Source: Escherichia phage I29
DNA length: 64,000 nt
Strand: one strand, 5' to 3'
Sequence record: ON286975
Every line of letters begins with the position of its first letter. Positions within the stretch are counted from its first letter, which is position 1. The notes under the pieces were generated by a model, which saw only the letters and a list, made by a program, of their open reading frames with translations, made no database searches and was not told where the DNA came from. The translations under genes and the position numbers were made by a program. Shown here one piece after another: positions 37,878 through 47,597 of the stretch.

Positions 37878-40475
37878 TTAAAGGTACAATCCACGGTATT
37901 GAGCATAAAGGCCCAGACCGCGAAGGATTTCGCCAGAGTGATAGCCAACCGGATCAGAAACTGCCCAGCAGCCGTTTAAAATATTATCCCCATTAATGAA
38001 GTGGTGCTTTTGCAGTAGCTTCACACAGGCTTCCACAACAATATCTATTTGAGGTATTGTCTCTGAATACCCGCACAGACCTAGCCAGCAGCAACCTGCA
38101 AGCCATTCACCTACCACCCACATCCTGTCTCCTCTGTCCTGATAAGAATATCCCCCAGAGGTGTTAAAGTCTGTAGGCAGATTTCCTGAATGAGATGACT
38201 GGAATCTGTTGAGGAACCATGCCCATTTCTGGCAGAACAGGAATAGTCTTTCATCAACAGGTTCTTTATGTTTCTTGAGCTCATATATTGTGCGGCACGC
38301 AGCAACAAAAGATCTTGACTGGAGCTTAGAGTTATCTACCATCTCCCACCAACCAGTCAACCCTTCATTACCTCTTTGCCATACATAACGTGAGGCAACT
38401 GGACCCTCTGTCTTAAATGTATTATTATACCAGACTTGAGCGTCATACAGAAAGCCTATTGTATTTGACAATCTATGGCGATCTATGTTTTCTGCACCCA
38501 TGCAGTAGACTGCTGGGTATTGCATGCCAGGGTAGGGCCAATTTGGCCTTTCCTCTAAGAGATAGTTTTCCTTATCTATCACCTTTCCGGCAGGGAACAC
38601 ACCTGGTGTGTGCCTGTATGCACCTTGCTTGTAGTTTCTGACATAGCAATCACCAACCTTGGCGGTTGATTCTGTCTTGCTTGCCATCCATACGCTAAAC
38701 CAGATTAGATAAGCATCCCTATCTGCAATATAGAATTGCGGCAGTGTGTTGACGCAATATAGATCAAACAAGCCATTACCTATCTGCCTGTCGCTTAGGC
38801 TGAAATCTACAGAGGTGAGTCCCTTAGGATTAGCAAAGAAAGGTTTAATCTCTTCTTCAGTGTGATGAGGTTGTGTCGGATCTAGTTTGAAATCTCCTAG
38901 AGTAAGAGTTTCTGTTATCCATTGTCCATTAGTGGCATATAGATCAGCATACCATAACCACCTGTCTTTGTCAAGAAATTTGACCCTTACCATCTCATCA
39001 TCTGATCGATAAGTTACTGAGTTTAAAGAAATCTCTCTTCCAAAGTTGAAAGTTACTTTGCCTCTTGCTATATTACAACGGGTGAAGTTGTCAGAGTGGT
39101 TGTAAATGTCAGTATCGTACTGCATACTAACACTGGCACCACCGCTCACGGCAATGTTTTCCTCTTTAGGTAAGAGGTACGGATTACCGTCTTTACCAAC
39201 TACCTCTACGAAATCAGTAACCTTGGCAACTATTTCTGTTACCTCTGCCCCTCCAAAAGGAACCCCTATCCTGTACTGTTTTTTGTTATTGTTGCCATCA
39301 TTAAGGATGAAATGTGGCTGGAACAGAACCCCTTCTCCTCCGAAATTCATAACAATTTCAGCATCTCTGCCTATTTTGTATGTAGTCCCTTTTTGAATTA
39401 TTTCGCAAGGCTGGCGTGCGTTCATTCTAAAATTGATATACCCGTCACTGTCTCTGCTCATGACAGGAACTGTTCCTGCAACAAGACAAGTACCGTCTGT
39501 AAACGGTGCCTTAATCAACGTGGTCTTTCTAAACAACTTGTCGTAGGCGTTTATATCACTGAAATTAAGCAACTTGTTGTAAGACTGTTTAAACGCGGTG
39601 TAATACTTTTCCTCACCTGTCAAGGTGTAGAGTTGATAACAAGCGTCACACCACATTTCTTCCCCGTCCAACTCTGGGGCCTGATTATCTGCAACCACGT
39701 TTATAGGATTTACAATTACAGGGGATCCAGCAGGTATCACCGATCCACCCTGCTCTTGAGGTAATCTTACACAATAGGTCACCTTGTGGCTTCCTGTAAC
39801 ACCCTTATCTTGTAATTGGATTGTGCCGAACTCTATAGACGTATGCCCACTGTCGGCTATGCTCCCGTTAGCCCAATAGCGGTTACCATCCCATGCTATG
39901 TACCACTCAACCCACCAACTTAATCCTGATGTTGTCCAATCTGGGTTAGCATCTGTGCCACCGTAAACATCAGAGTCTACAGTGTTTCTTCCTAACACAC
40001 CGTTATACGCTTGGAATGCCTTGTCCAGGTATTCCCCCCATGTCGGAGATCCAGCTGGGATTTTTCCTCTACCGTTGGTAAAAGACACTACCACATCTTT
40101 AAACCCACCGTGTGATGGAACCCCATCTGTGGATAGAGGGTAGTGGGACAATCTTTGCATTTTACTTTCTACGGCATATGCACCCAGAAGATGACTATTG
40201 TAAGCTTCCCAAGCATCTTTTGCCCTATCCAGATAGAAATCGCTTTTCGATGCCCTGTATGCTTCAATGTATCCCAGAATCAACACAGCTTGGGACTCAT
40301 GCATTGCCCAATCGTTATTTATCTTATTACCTGCCCACCCTGCAGCTATAAGACCATCAGGGTTTACTAGCTTATTTTGTGTAGGTGTGTTGGTAATACC
40401 TGTGTTGTTATCGAGGCACTTCCTGTGCCCCTCAATCATCTGAAATACGTTATCAATGTTGTGTTGAATACGCAT
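37878..40475 (-). CDS. large tail-associated protein, 865 aa (possible glycan-active spike)
   Basis: Trp/Tyr-rich sequence with helical N-terminal segment reminiscent of alpha/alpha-barrel glycosidases; assignment tentative. Confidence 0.4.
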   Translation of the reverse strand: MRIQHNIDNVFQMIEGHRKCLDNNTGITNTPTQNKLVNPDGLIAAGWAGNKINNDWAMHESQAVLILGYIEAYRASKSDFYLDRAKDAWEAYNSHLLGAYAVESKMQRLSHYPLSTDGVPSHGGFKDVVVSFTNGRGKIPAGSPTWGEYLDKAFQAYNGVLGRNTVDSDVYGGTDANPDWTTSGLSWWVEWYIAWDGNRYWANGSIADSGHTSIEFGTIQLQDKGVTGSHKVTYCVRLPQEQGGSVIPAGSPVIVNPINVVADNQAPELDGEEMWCDACYQLYTLTGEEKYYTAFKQSYNKLLNFSDINAYDKLFRKTTLIKAPFTDGTCLVAGTVPVMSRDSDGYINFRMNARQPCEIIQKGTTYKIGRDAEIVMNFGGEGVLFQPHFILNDGNNNKKQYRIGVPFGGAEVTEIVAKVTDFVEVVGKDGNPYLLPKEENIAVSGGASVSMQYDTDIYNHSDNFTRCNIARGKVTFNFGREISLNSVTYRSDDEMVRVKFLDKDRWLWYADLYATNGQWITETLTLGDFKLDPTQPHHTEEEIKPFFANPKGLTSVDFSLSDRQIGNGLFDLYCVNTLPQFYIADRDAYLIWFSVWMASKTESTAKVGDCYVRNYKQGAYRHTPGVFPAGKVIDKENYLLEERPNWPYPGMQYPAVYCMGAENIDRHRLSNTIGFLYDAQVWYNNTFKTEGPVASRYVWQRGNEGLTGWWEMVDNSKLQSRSFVAACRTIYELKKHKEPVDERLFLFCQKWAWFLNRFQSSHSGNLPTDFNTSGGYSYQDRGDRMWVVGEWLAGCCWLGLCGYSETIPQIDIVVEACVKLLQKHHFINGDNILNGCWAVSDPVGYHSGEILRGLGLYAQYRGLYL

Positions 40476-40476
40476 C

Positions 40477-41145
40477 TTAGATAGCTCCTGCGATAATCAA
40501 TGCCCCGTACCAAGTTAACCCGTTGTCGTAGGTTTCCAACTTGAAAATGTCTGTTGCACCAGCTGTAAATGTTAGGATAGGATCTCTTCCGTAGGACCAT
40601 TTAACATTACCAGGCCAATAGACTTTGTTGCCGCCAGAGGTCTGAGTAATGCATACGGTTATAGTTCTCGCCACCCCTTCAAGACCTTCTGTTTGATTTT
40701 CAAAAGAGATTGTGGTATTTGAAGTTAGTCGAACCTTAAAGGTATCCGCAACTTCAAGATCCATATCAAGCTGACCACCGATAGATCCGTAATCAACTAT
40801 TCTGCCAGAAGAAGTTGCAGCAAGCTCACCAAAAACAGACCAGGCGTTTGCAGACACACCCCCAGCACCCTCTACAGTGGAGTCTGGGAGGATTATTTTA
40901 GGATAATCCCCGTTCCACGTGTAGTAGCGCTTAGTTTCTGGATCATAAGCAAAGTCCTTCTTGCTCTTAAGATAACCACCCTCTGTGAAATAGACTATCT
41001 TAGTAATGCTAAGATCGTTGACAACATCGTCAATCTTAGCCTTTCTTGTCCCATCAGTCTGGTTGACAACCAAGAAGTCATCACTCAGGACTGTTTCTGC
41101 ATCTTCAAGATCTGGAATTGGTATTGTAGGATAAGCTACAGCCAT
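40477..41145 (-). CDS. baseplate-attached fibre-like protein, 222 aa
   Basis: N-terminal ~100 aa homologous to the N-terminus of the 1266-aa fibre (DDFLVVNQTDGTRKAKIDDVV vs DDYLVVQQPDLTRRVKIGDVV; FTEGG..DFAY vs FKEGG..DFAY). Confidence 0.5.
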   Translation of the reverse strand: MAVAYPTIPIPDLEDAETVLSDDFLVVNQTDGTRKAKIDDVVNDLSITKIVYFTEGGYLKSKKDFAYDPETKRYYTWNGDYPKIILPDSTVEGAGGVSANAWSVFGELAATSSGRIVDYGSIGGQLDMDLEVADTFKVRLTSNTTISFENQTEGLEGVARTITVCITQTSGGNKVYWPGNVKWSYGRDPILTFTAGATDIFKLETYDNGLTWYGALIIAGAI

Positions 41146-41154
41146 GATTTCTCC

Positions 41155-41871
41155 TTAGTTAACATCAATAGCACGACCAGACTGGTTGGCAATAGCCTCA
41201 TCATTGGAGGTAGCAATAACACCAGAGTATTCGCGCTCATCTGGAGCAAGAGTCCAGGTATTGCGGTTAATGGTTTGTTCTGCCTCGGTCATCAGCAGAT
41301 CTTTATCCTGAGTCAACAGAGAGCCTACAGGGATAGGGTTTTCCATCTCAGGACCAGCATACTGGTTCCACCATGTGGCATCTCCGGTTCTAGGCAATCT
41401 GAAGTTGATCAGGTAGTACAGTTTATTGGCCCACTTAATCCAACCTTCATCATCACAGAGAGAGGTTGTCCCAGAATCAGGCTGTGGGTAGGTAAACTGA
41501 TCAAGACCTACGAAAGCCAGCCTTACAATCTCGTTCTCTTTGGTAACAACCTCAAAGAACGCTTGGTATGTTCTCGATCTTCGATCCATGGTAGACTGGA
41601 AGTTTACGATGTTTAGCACATCCGGCTCTTGTCTTGCCACTTCCATAATCTTGTTATCAAGAACAGTCTTCATGACCTTCTTACTGAGAAAGTCCATATA
41701 AGGGAAGCCAAACAACTCGTCAAAGTACCAGCTCCCCTTCCACGTATTAAACCTCATCCACAAGCGCTGGCGCAGACTTACCTGGTTTGAATCTATCAAC
41801 TCAAGACCTTTGTCTATCGCCAAATCGCCTGTCTGTGGGTCCATCAATATATCACTATAAAGCGTAGCCAT
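41155..41871 (-). CDS. baseplate-associated hypothetical protein, 238 aa
   Basis: Located between spike-like gene and fibre genes. Confidence 0.4.
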   Translation of the reverse strand: MATLYSDILMDPQTGDLAIDKGLELIDSNQVSLRQRLWMRFNTWKGSWYFDELFGFPYMDFLSKKVMKTVLDNKIMEVARQEPDVLNIVNFQSTMDRRSRTYQAFFEVVTKENEIVRLAFVGLDQFTYPQPDSGTTSLCDDEGWIKWANKLYYLINFRLPRTGDATWWNQYAGPEMENPIPVGSLLTQDKDLLMTEAEQTINRNTWTLAPDEREYSGVIATSNDEAIANQSGRAIDVN

Positions 41872-41883
41872 GAAAGCCCTCTA

Positions 41884-42561
41884 TTAGTGCGGTCCACTTG
41901 TCTCGCCATCAGGGCAAGAGTGGGTATGACCTTTATATTCTGCATAGAATGAATCCAAATCCACACCAGCAGCAGTTATAATTCTACCAGATGGGTCTAT
42001 TGTGGCACCATTCATTCTGATATTTCCATCCACAGCAGCTCGCAAATTGGCAGCACCGTTAGTGAAAGAAAACTCCCCGCTGCTGTCGCACCGTAATGTC
42101 CCACCCGGTGTTTGAAGCTCAAAATCTCCAGAAGGTGTCAGTTTAAAATAGACCTTATCATTCCATAACTCTACGTTATCAGGATCGATCTGTAAAGCGT
42201 TTGAGTCTGAATGAACAGAGGTTATTGCCCACCCAGGAAACAGGCCGTGAGTTTGTTGATCGTCGTTATTGTTTTCATTTCTCTCTGAAAACTGCAATCC
42301 TACAACATCACCAGCTTTAATAGGAAGTGTTAACCTTGCCTTTCCACTGTTTGCAGACATCACTTGAATTGGAACGTCATAGATAAGAGGGTATCTCTCC
42401 ACATCTCCATCATCAAACGTGGTTTCAGCTATTGGCTGCACGGCTGCAGAAGGGATACTGTAGTCTACACTGACAACTCTGGCCCTGATACTGGTGTGGT
42501 AGTCCCTCATTATTTTTTCTATAAAGGATCTTACAGCAGCATCTTTCCTATTTATTGCCAT
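41884..42561 (-). CDS. baseplate central spike protein (gpV/gp45-like)
   Basis: 225 aa; beta-rich with C-terminal apex motif KGHTHSCPDGETSGPH resembling metal-binding tips of P2 gpV / Mu gp45-type spikes. Confidence 0.55.
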   Translation of the reverse strand: MAINRKDAAVRSFIEKIMRDYHTSIRARVVSVDYSIPSAAVQPIAETTFDDGDVERYPLIYDVPIQVMSANSGKARLTLPIKAGDVVGLQFSERNENNNDDQQTHGLFPGWAITSVHSDSNALQIDPDNVELWNDKVYFKLTPSGDFELQTPGGTLRCDSSGEFSFTNGAANLRAAVDGNIRMNGATIDPSGRIITAAGVDLDSFYAEYKGHTHSCPDGETSGPH

Positions 42562-43565
42562 TATACCTCCTCAGTTTTGTCAACAACCCCACCGACTGTT
42601 TCCCCAAGGCCAAGCTCTGTGATGTAATCACCTCCTTCTATGGTTCCTTTATGATGCACCGTGATCACCTTATAGAAGCCTGTATATTGCTTGCTTTTAA
42701 GATAAATAGTGGACTCTGGGAGGATAGCTCCGTTAAGGCATGTGGTTACAGTAAGGCCAACATCCTCTCTCGGGTTTTTCTTTTTCTTTTTAGATGTCGA
42801 ACCACCTTTGGCAGCAGCTTTAGCTTTTCGTTTTTTAGCAGGTTCTGGATTTTTAGGGGTAGGAGATCCGTGCATCCCAGACTCTGCACTTATTTCAAAC
42901 ACAGAGTCTTTGAACCTTTTTCCAACCTTGGTCCAATACAAAGCCCCATCCTGAACGCTAAATGTGGAGTTGGTCAGCCTTGCAAACCTGCGGAGGTTCT
43001 CTGCAGTGTTTCCAGAGAAAGCCATAGAGTATTGTAAAGTCTGGTTTCCAAAACCAACAACCCTACCTTTTGGCAAGTTCATATCCTTCAGTAGGTCATT
43101 AAGCACAGAGTTCAGAGGCGTGCCTTTCTGATAAGATCTTGTGCTTTGGCACTTAATGATGTTCTCAGTGCCATCCCCAAAGATGAACTTAGTTTTTCTG
43201 GTAGGGCCTTCCCATCTGTCTTCAACAAACTCCACAGTTCCGGAGAATATCAACTGGTTCTCATTATCATAGCCAGCTTCAAACATAACTGCAAGGGCAT
43301 CAGCCTGATGCATATCCAAGTAGTTAACTGTATCGTCAGACAGGTTGTAAACTGTCACATAACCTTTGTTTGGCTCTTTGGTATTGTCCTTTTGTATGTC
43401 AAACTCTATATTGGCAGCACCAGTGTCCGAGCTAACTTCATAAACTCCGGAATCACTCTCCCCTTTCTTTTCAACAGATTTTGGGATATTGGTTTTTGAT
43501 TTGCCGCCATGTTCTACAGGACGACCAAACAATAATCGCCATGTTCTACGTCTGTACTCTGCCAT
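42561..43565 (-). CDS. baseplate/tail protein, 334 aa
   Basis: Lys-rich linker KKRKAKAAAKGGSTSKKKKK between two domains; between tape measure region and spike. Confidence 0.4.
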   Translation of the reverse strand: MAEYRRRTWRLLFGRPVEHGGKSKTNIPKSVEKKGESDSGVYEVSSDTGAANIEFDIQKDNTKEPNKGYVTVYNLSDDTVNYLDMHQADALAVMFEAGYDNENQLIFSGTVEFVEDRWEGPTRKTKFIFGDGTENIIKCQSTRSYQKGTPLNSVLNDLLKDMNLPKGRVVGFGNQTLQYSMAFSGNTAENLRRFARLTNSTFSVQDGALYWTKVGKRFKDSVFEISAESGMHGSPTPKNPEPAKKRKAKAAAKGGSTSKKKKKNPREDVGLTVTTCLNGAILPESTIYLKSKQYTGFYKVITVHHKGTIEGGDYITELGLGETVGGVVDKTEEV

Positions 43566-43945
43566 TATTCTAACCCTTGCTGTTCCTTGTAAAGATCAAC
43601 CGGGGTGCCGTATACAAGTTGTAGCTCAGATCTCGCCCCAAGGTTATATCTTCCAACCCTGCCCCAATATTGATCGTCTTTAAACGACAGCGCCATCAGT
43701 CTACCTTTCGGTAAATCATCTCTGTAATGCAGTCCGTCTAAAATATCTTGACAAGCTGTTACTTTTCTGGTTACTAAAGGACTGTCACCTACTGGACCAA
43801 GAGATAACCACCAGGACTCATCCCTCTCATTCCATTGCATACGCATTTCATACGTTTCATTGTCTAAAACAACACGCATGGTTTGATCAGGAAAGCCGTC
43901 AATGTCCCACACAAAGGTGATTATGCACCAATCTTTAAGCTCCAT
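43565..43945 (-). CDS. hypothetical tail protein, 126 aa
   Basis: ORF with start overlapping upstream stop in tail block. Confidence 0.4.
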   Translation of the reverse strand: MELKDWCIITFVWDIDGFPDQTMRVVLDNETYEMRMQWNERDESWWLSLGPVGDSPLVTRKVTACQDILDGLHYRDDLPKGRLMALSFKDDQYWGRVGRYNLGARSELQLVYGTPVDLYKEQQGLE

Positions 43946-43957
43946 TATACGCTCCCC

Positions 43958-44842
43958 TTATTTCCCGTTAACTTTGTTGTAGTTTCCCTGCTCAGATGGG
44001 ACTATGGTAGAAGGTCTTCCATATTCCTGATAATACCAATCCGCAGCCGATTGGGTAACACCGTTTTCATCTGTCCACATCATAGATTTGTATGGCTGCC
44101 ACTCCTCTGCAGCGTTTGTGGATGCAGTGTCTGCGAATGCTCCTGTGTCCCTCTTGTTACCTACGTTACTACCATTCTTACAGTCGTTGACAGCGCCTTT
44201 TTGTTGGGTCTTGCCTACTTTCTTAGGATTGCTGTATACAGTTGCATTAACAACCTTATTCAAGTAGAATGTGCGGAACTCTGTAAGTTCTACATCAAAC
44301 ACCATTGCAGCGCCTTCACCAACAGACTTGTTGGCAGAAAGACTGGTTATGATGTAGTTCTCAAGAAGTCTCTCCTCGGTAACCAAAGAAACCAACTGGC
44401 GCTTATTAATGATCTCAGTCAAAGCCTCCAGTGCAGCGCCCGGTCGCATAGATGCTGCAGGGTTTTTAGAGTCAGTATTCCTGTCAATGTAGTTTTGCTC
44501 ATAGATTATATGTGGAGATGTATTTACCCTGCCAGTAAAAGAAAATACACCATCTTTAATTACAGCGTGGTCTGACAGGGTAGATTTATCTTCCACCGCA
44601 AACCCAGTCTTATCAACAGAATGTTTGAAAGAGTAATTCTCAACCTGATCGAAGATAATGGCAAGATCGTTAGTAAAGTTTTTACCCTTCATCTCCGTAT
44701 TGCGACCACCATAGTTAAGACCGCTGACAAACATAGTATACTTTACATCGCTTTCAGTTTGCTGCTCTGCCTTTTCAGCCTTTGGAGATTTAACCTCTTG
44801 AGGCTTGTACAGGTCTTTTTCATCAACTATATTGCTTGGCAT
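43958..44842 (-). CDS. tail/baseplate protein, 294 aa
   Basis: First gene downstream of tape measure gene. Confidence 0.4.
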   Translation of the reverse strand: MPSNIVDEKDLYKPQEVKSPKAEKAEQQTESDVKYTMFVSGLNYGGRNTEMKGKNFTNDLAIIFDQVENYSFKHSVDKTGFAVEDKSTLSDHAVIKDGVFSFTGRVNTSPHIIYEQNYIDRNTDSKNPAASMRPGAALEALTEIINKRQLVSLVTEERLLENYIITSLSANKSVGEGAAMVFDVELTEFRTFYLNKVVNATVYSNPKKVGKTQQKGAVNDCKNGSNVGNKRDTGAFADTASTNAAEEWQPYKSMMWTDENGVTQSAADWYYQEYGRPSTIVPSEQGNYNKVNGK

Positions 44843-44907
44843 AACCTCTCCAGGACACTCCTATACCATCTAGATATTGTATCATAAAATAGCCGTTTTT
44901 ACAACAC

Positions 44908-44935
44908 CGATAAAATAAAGGGGGCCGGAGCCCCC
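44908..44935 (-). terminator. intrinsic terminator-like hairpin
   Basis: Minus-strand GGGGGC-UCCG-GCCCCC followed by UUUAUUUUAUCG, after tape measure stop. Confidence 0.5.
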
Positions 44936-44946
44936 TGCACAGTTTA

Positions 44947-47283
44947 TTACCAAAGGTCGGTAGACATGAAGTTGATATCTTTATTGTTCTCCCACTCAAG
45001 TTTTGCATCAAATATTTTGTTAAACTCACCCTCATCTATTGAAATCGTGATTTTCCCATCACTGATCTCTAAAGGTAGCATTTCCATAGTTCTTAATTGA
45101 GAAGCAAAACCAGGGCCACCCGGCAACGGAAGAGTCCCGCCCGGTAAGGTGTCCAAAGGATTAACAAACCCGTTACCTCCCGATATGATATCTTTGCGAA
45201 TCATATCGCTGATAGTGTCCAGCTGCTGATTTCTTTCACTTAGTGGGTTGTAACGGTCATTAAATAATTCCCCGGCGCTTAGTATTGTACCGATAATGCC
45301 CAGCTTACCGAGCAGACCAACTTTGCCACCAGGTGTCTTGAGGCCACCCCCACCTTTTCCTGCCGGAGCTCCACCACCAGATCCTTCTGTAGTAGCGGCA
45401 CCCGCTGCTCCGGCTGCACCCCTTAGAGAGTTAAGGAATTTAAAGGTTTTTACAAGCATGGATGCCATGACAAAACCTTTTGTTAGGGCATTGACTACCA
45501 GCATGATGGCAGCAGCAAACCCTGCCCATTTAGCATAGCTAAAGGTGTCATGAAGCTCTTCAGAATATTCCTTCGTCTTAGCTGTTATGAATCCCCATTT
45601 AATCCCCCATTCAAGGAAAAACATGCGGATCTTGACTATGGTGTTGTTTAGTTCACCAACTACCCAGTTAAGGCCTCTCACAAACCCGCTAACAAAATCA
45701 CCAGAGGCATCCCACACAAATTGCAGAGTCTCACCAGTGCGGATTAGTGTATAATAGAACTCTGTTAGTTCGTCGGACCAACGGGTGAACAGTTTCTGAC
45801 GAGTCAGTTCGATGAAGGTTTTCAGTCTGTTTTCTGCCAGCACGTTAGACTTCTGCATTCTTTCATAACCAGCTGCAGATGCCTCGTTCATGTACTTAGC
45901 CACATACTTCATGATCTTGGCTGTTTTAACCTCACCTTTCTTCATCATGTCCATGAACTGATCCATGGAGAGTTCAGAAAGACCAAAAGCCTCTTTGGTG
46001 GCCTTGATAAAAGGTTCGTATGCACCGGGCAATGCTTCAGCAAGTTGTTGCTTCAGTTCTTCGGACATTACTTGTCCCTTGCCAAGCATCTGTTGGATAG
46101 CCATAATACCGCGCTGGTATTTTACCTCATCGGCACCATAAGCAGCAGCATACTGTGAGTATGCAGAAAACAGCTCATGCACTTCCTGATTTGTCATCTG
46201 GTTTTTGGCGTTTACCGACATCTGGGCGTAACCTTGAAGACCAGATTTGAGATCAAAACCAAGACGCATAGCCTCTTGCTGGACAAACGCAACCTCACTG
46301 TTGGCTTTGTTTGGATCTCCAGTAACAGCAGTAAGAGCAGCACTTGCCCCCTCCATCATGTGACCGGATCTGTTAACCGCAGCAAATCCAGAAAAAGCCG
46401 TATACGCAGCTGTTGCATTAATAACAGATCTACGTAAGTCTCTCATGGCATCGCCTAGTGTAAGCGTTTGGCTGGTGGCGCTTTTAAACCCAGACTGCAG
46501 CGCTGACAGGTGGGCGTTAAAGGTTGACTTCTTCATCTCCCCGCGAGCAAACCTGGACTCTAACTCTGAGTATCCTGGTAAGCTTCCACGGAATCCGGCC
46601 CCATACTTGGCAGAAAGTCTTATCGCGGAGTTGTAGAGGTGGGTTCTCCTTGCCTCACGATCCGACATAAGCTTATTATCCATACCAGCTTTACTGTCTC
46701 TTCTTAGCTGTCTATGATAACGATTCATAGCGGCTGTCTGAGCTTTCACAAGGTTAGGGTCGGAAGCCACACCACCCATATTAGGGTTACCGGGGATATA
46801 TTTGAAAGATTTGGCATTAGCCAAAACTCTTGCCTTAGGTGCCTTATAACCACCGTAAGACACTGGTGCAGATTTGGCAGCCTTTTTGGCCTCTTTAGCT
46901 TGCTGCTGGTAGAACTTACGCATCCTAGCCATTTCTGGATTTTTAGCGGTAAGATTACCTACAGCTTGTTTACGTCTCGCATTCTCCCTACGTTCTATTG
47001 CAGCCCTTACTGCAGCCTCTTTCTTGGCCTGTGCTACGCTCTCTCTGTGCAGTTTAGCATTTGCCTGAGATTGCTGTCTGGCAACCCGCTGCATTGTCTG
47101 CTGGGTTTTAACAGCTACCGCCTGCCATCTGCTCATGGGGTTGGCTGAGTTAAAATCTTCGCCCAGTTTCCTGAACTCCCTCCCAATACTGCGAATTTTC
47201 TCTACAGCTTTTTTGTAGGAGGAGTTCTCTATCTCAAAGCCAATCTTGTTGACTGTTGTGGCAACTATTTTGTTTGTAGCCAT
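44947..47283 (-). CDS. tail tape measure protein, 778 aa
   Basis: Long helical Ala/Gln/Lys-rich protein with hydrophobic segment and Gly-rich stretch; follows sheath, tube and chaperone genes. Confidence 0.8.
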   Translation of the reverse strand: MATNKIVATTVNKIGFEIENSSYKKAVEKIRSIGREFRKLGEDFNSANPMSRWQAVAVKTQQTMQRVARQQSQANAKLHRESVAQAKKEAAVRAAIERRENARRKQAVGNLTAKNPEMARMRKFYQQQAKEAKKAAKSAPVSYGGYKAPKARVLANAKSFKYIPGNPNMGGVASDPNLVKAQTAAMNRYHRQLRRDSKAGMDNKLMSDREARRTHLYNSAIRLSAKYGAGFRGSLPGYSELESRFARGEMKKSTFNAHLSALQSGFKSATSQTLTLGDAMRDLRRSVINATAAYTAFSGFAAVNRSGHMMEGASAALTAVTGDPNKANSEVAFVQQEAMRLGFDLKSGLQGYAQMSVNAKNQMTNQEVHELFSAYSQYAAAYGADEVKYQRGIMAIQQMLGKGQVMSEELKQQLAEALPGAYEPFIKATKEAFGLSELSMDQFMDMMKKGEVKTAKIMKYVAKYMNEASAAGYERMQKSNVLAENRLKTFIELTRQKLFTRWSDELTEFYYTLIRTGETLQFVWDASGDFVSGFVRGLNWVVGELNNTIVKIRMFFLEWGIKWGFITAKTKEYSEELHDTFSYAKWAGFAAAIMLVVNALTKGFVMASMLVKTFKFLNSLRGAAGAAGAATTEGSGGGAPAGKGGGGLKTPGGKVGLLGKLGIIGTILSAGELFNDRYNPLSERNQQLDTISDMIRKDIISGGNGFVNPLDTLPGGTLPLPGGPGFASQLRTMEMLPLEISDGKITISIDEGEFNKIFDAKLEWENNKDINFMSTDLW

Positions 47284-47337
47284 GGTTTCCTCATAATAAA
47301 AAGGGCCAGATCCCAGAAAAGGAATCCGGCCCTTAGA

Positions 47338-47586
47338 TTATCCTCTCCTGCGCTTAGCTTTCGCAGCAGCTGCGGCAGCCTTCTGCTCCCGCTCCATTTC
47401 CCTGTTTTGGACGGTATCTAGGAATTCTTCGATATCAAGATACTCACAGAGCTTCAGGAAATACGCCATATCTGCAAGATTTAGCGATTCAAAATTTTCC
47501 CCTTTGAAATTCTTGAGCACCCTGCACCAAAGAAAGTCGAACCAGTTGAGTGAACTGTTCTTGGCTGCCCACTCACTGGCCCTCAC
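47338..47586 (-). CDS. tail assembly chaperone, -1 frameshift extension (GT-like)
   Basis: ORF in the -1 frame relative to 47598..48071; this frame is open from 47712 and joined via slippery site. Confidence 0.6.
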   Translation of the reverse strand: MRASEWAAKNSSLNWFDFLWCRVLKNFKGENFESLNLADMAYFLKLCEYLDIEEFLDTVQNREMEREQKAAAAAAKAKRRRG

Positions 47587-47597
47587 AACAACCTTAC

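Noticed and set aside
43883-44575. 230-aa plus-strand ORF antisense to tail/baseplate genes
   Set aside because: Antisense to a continuous structural operon and has low-complexity composition; likely a chance ORF.
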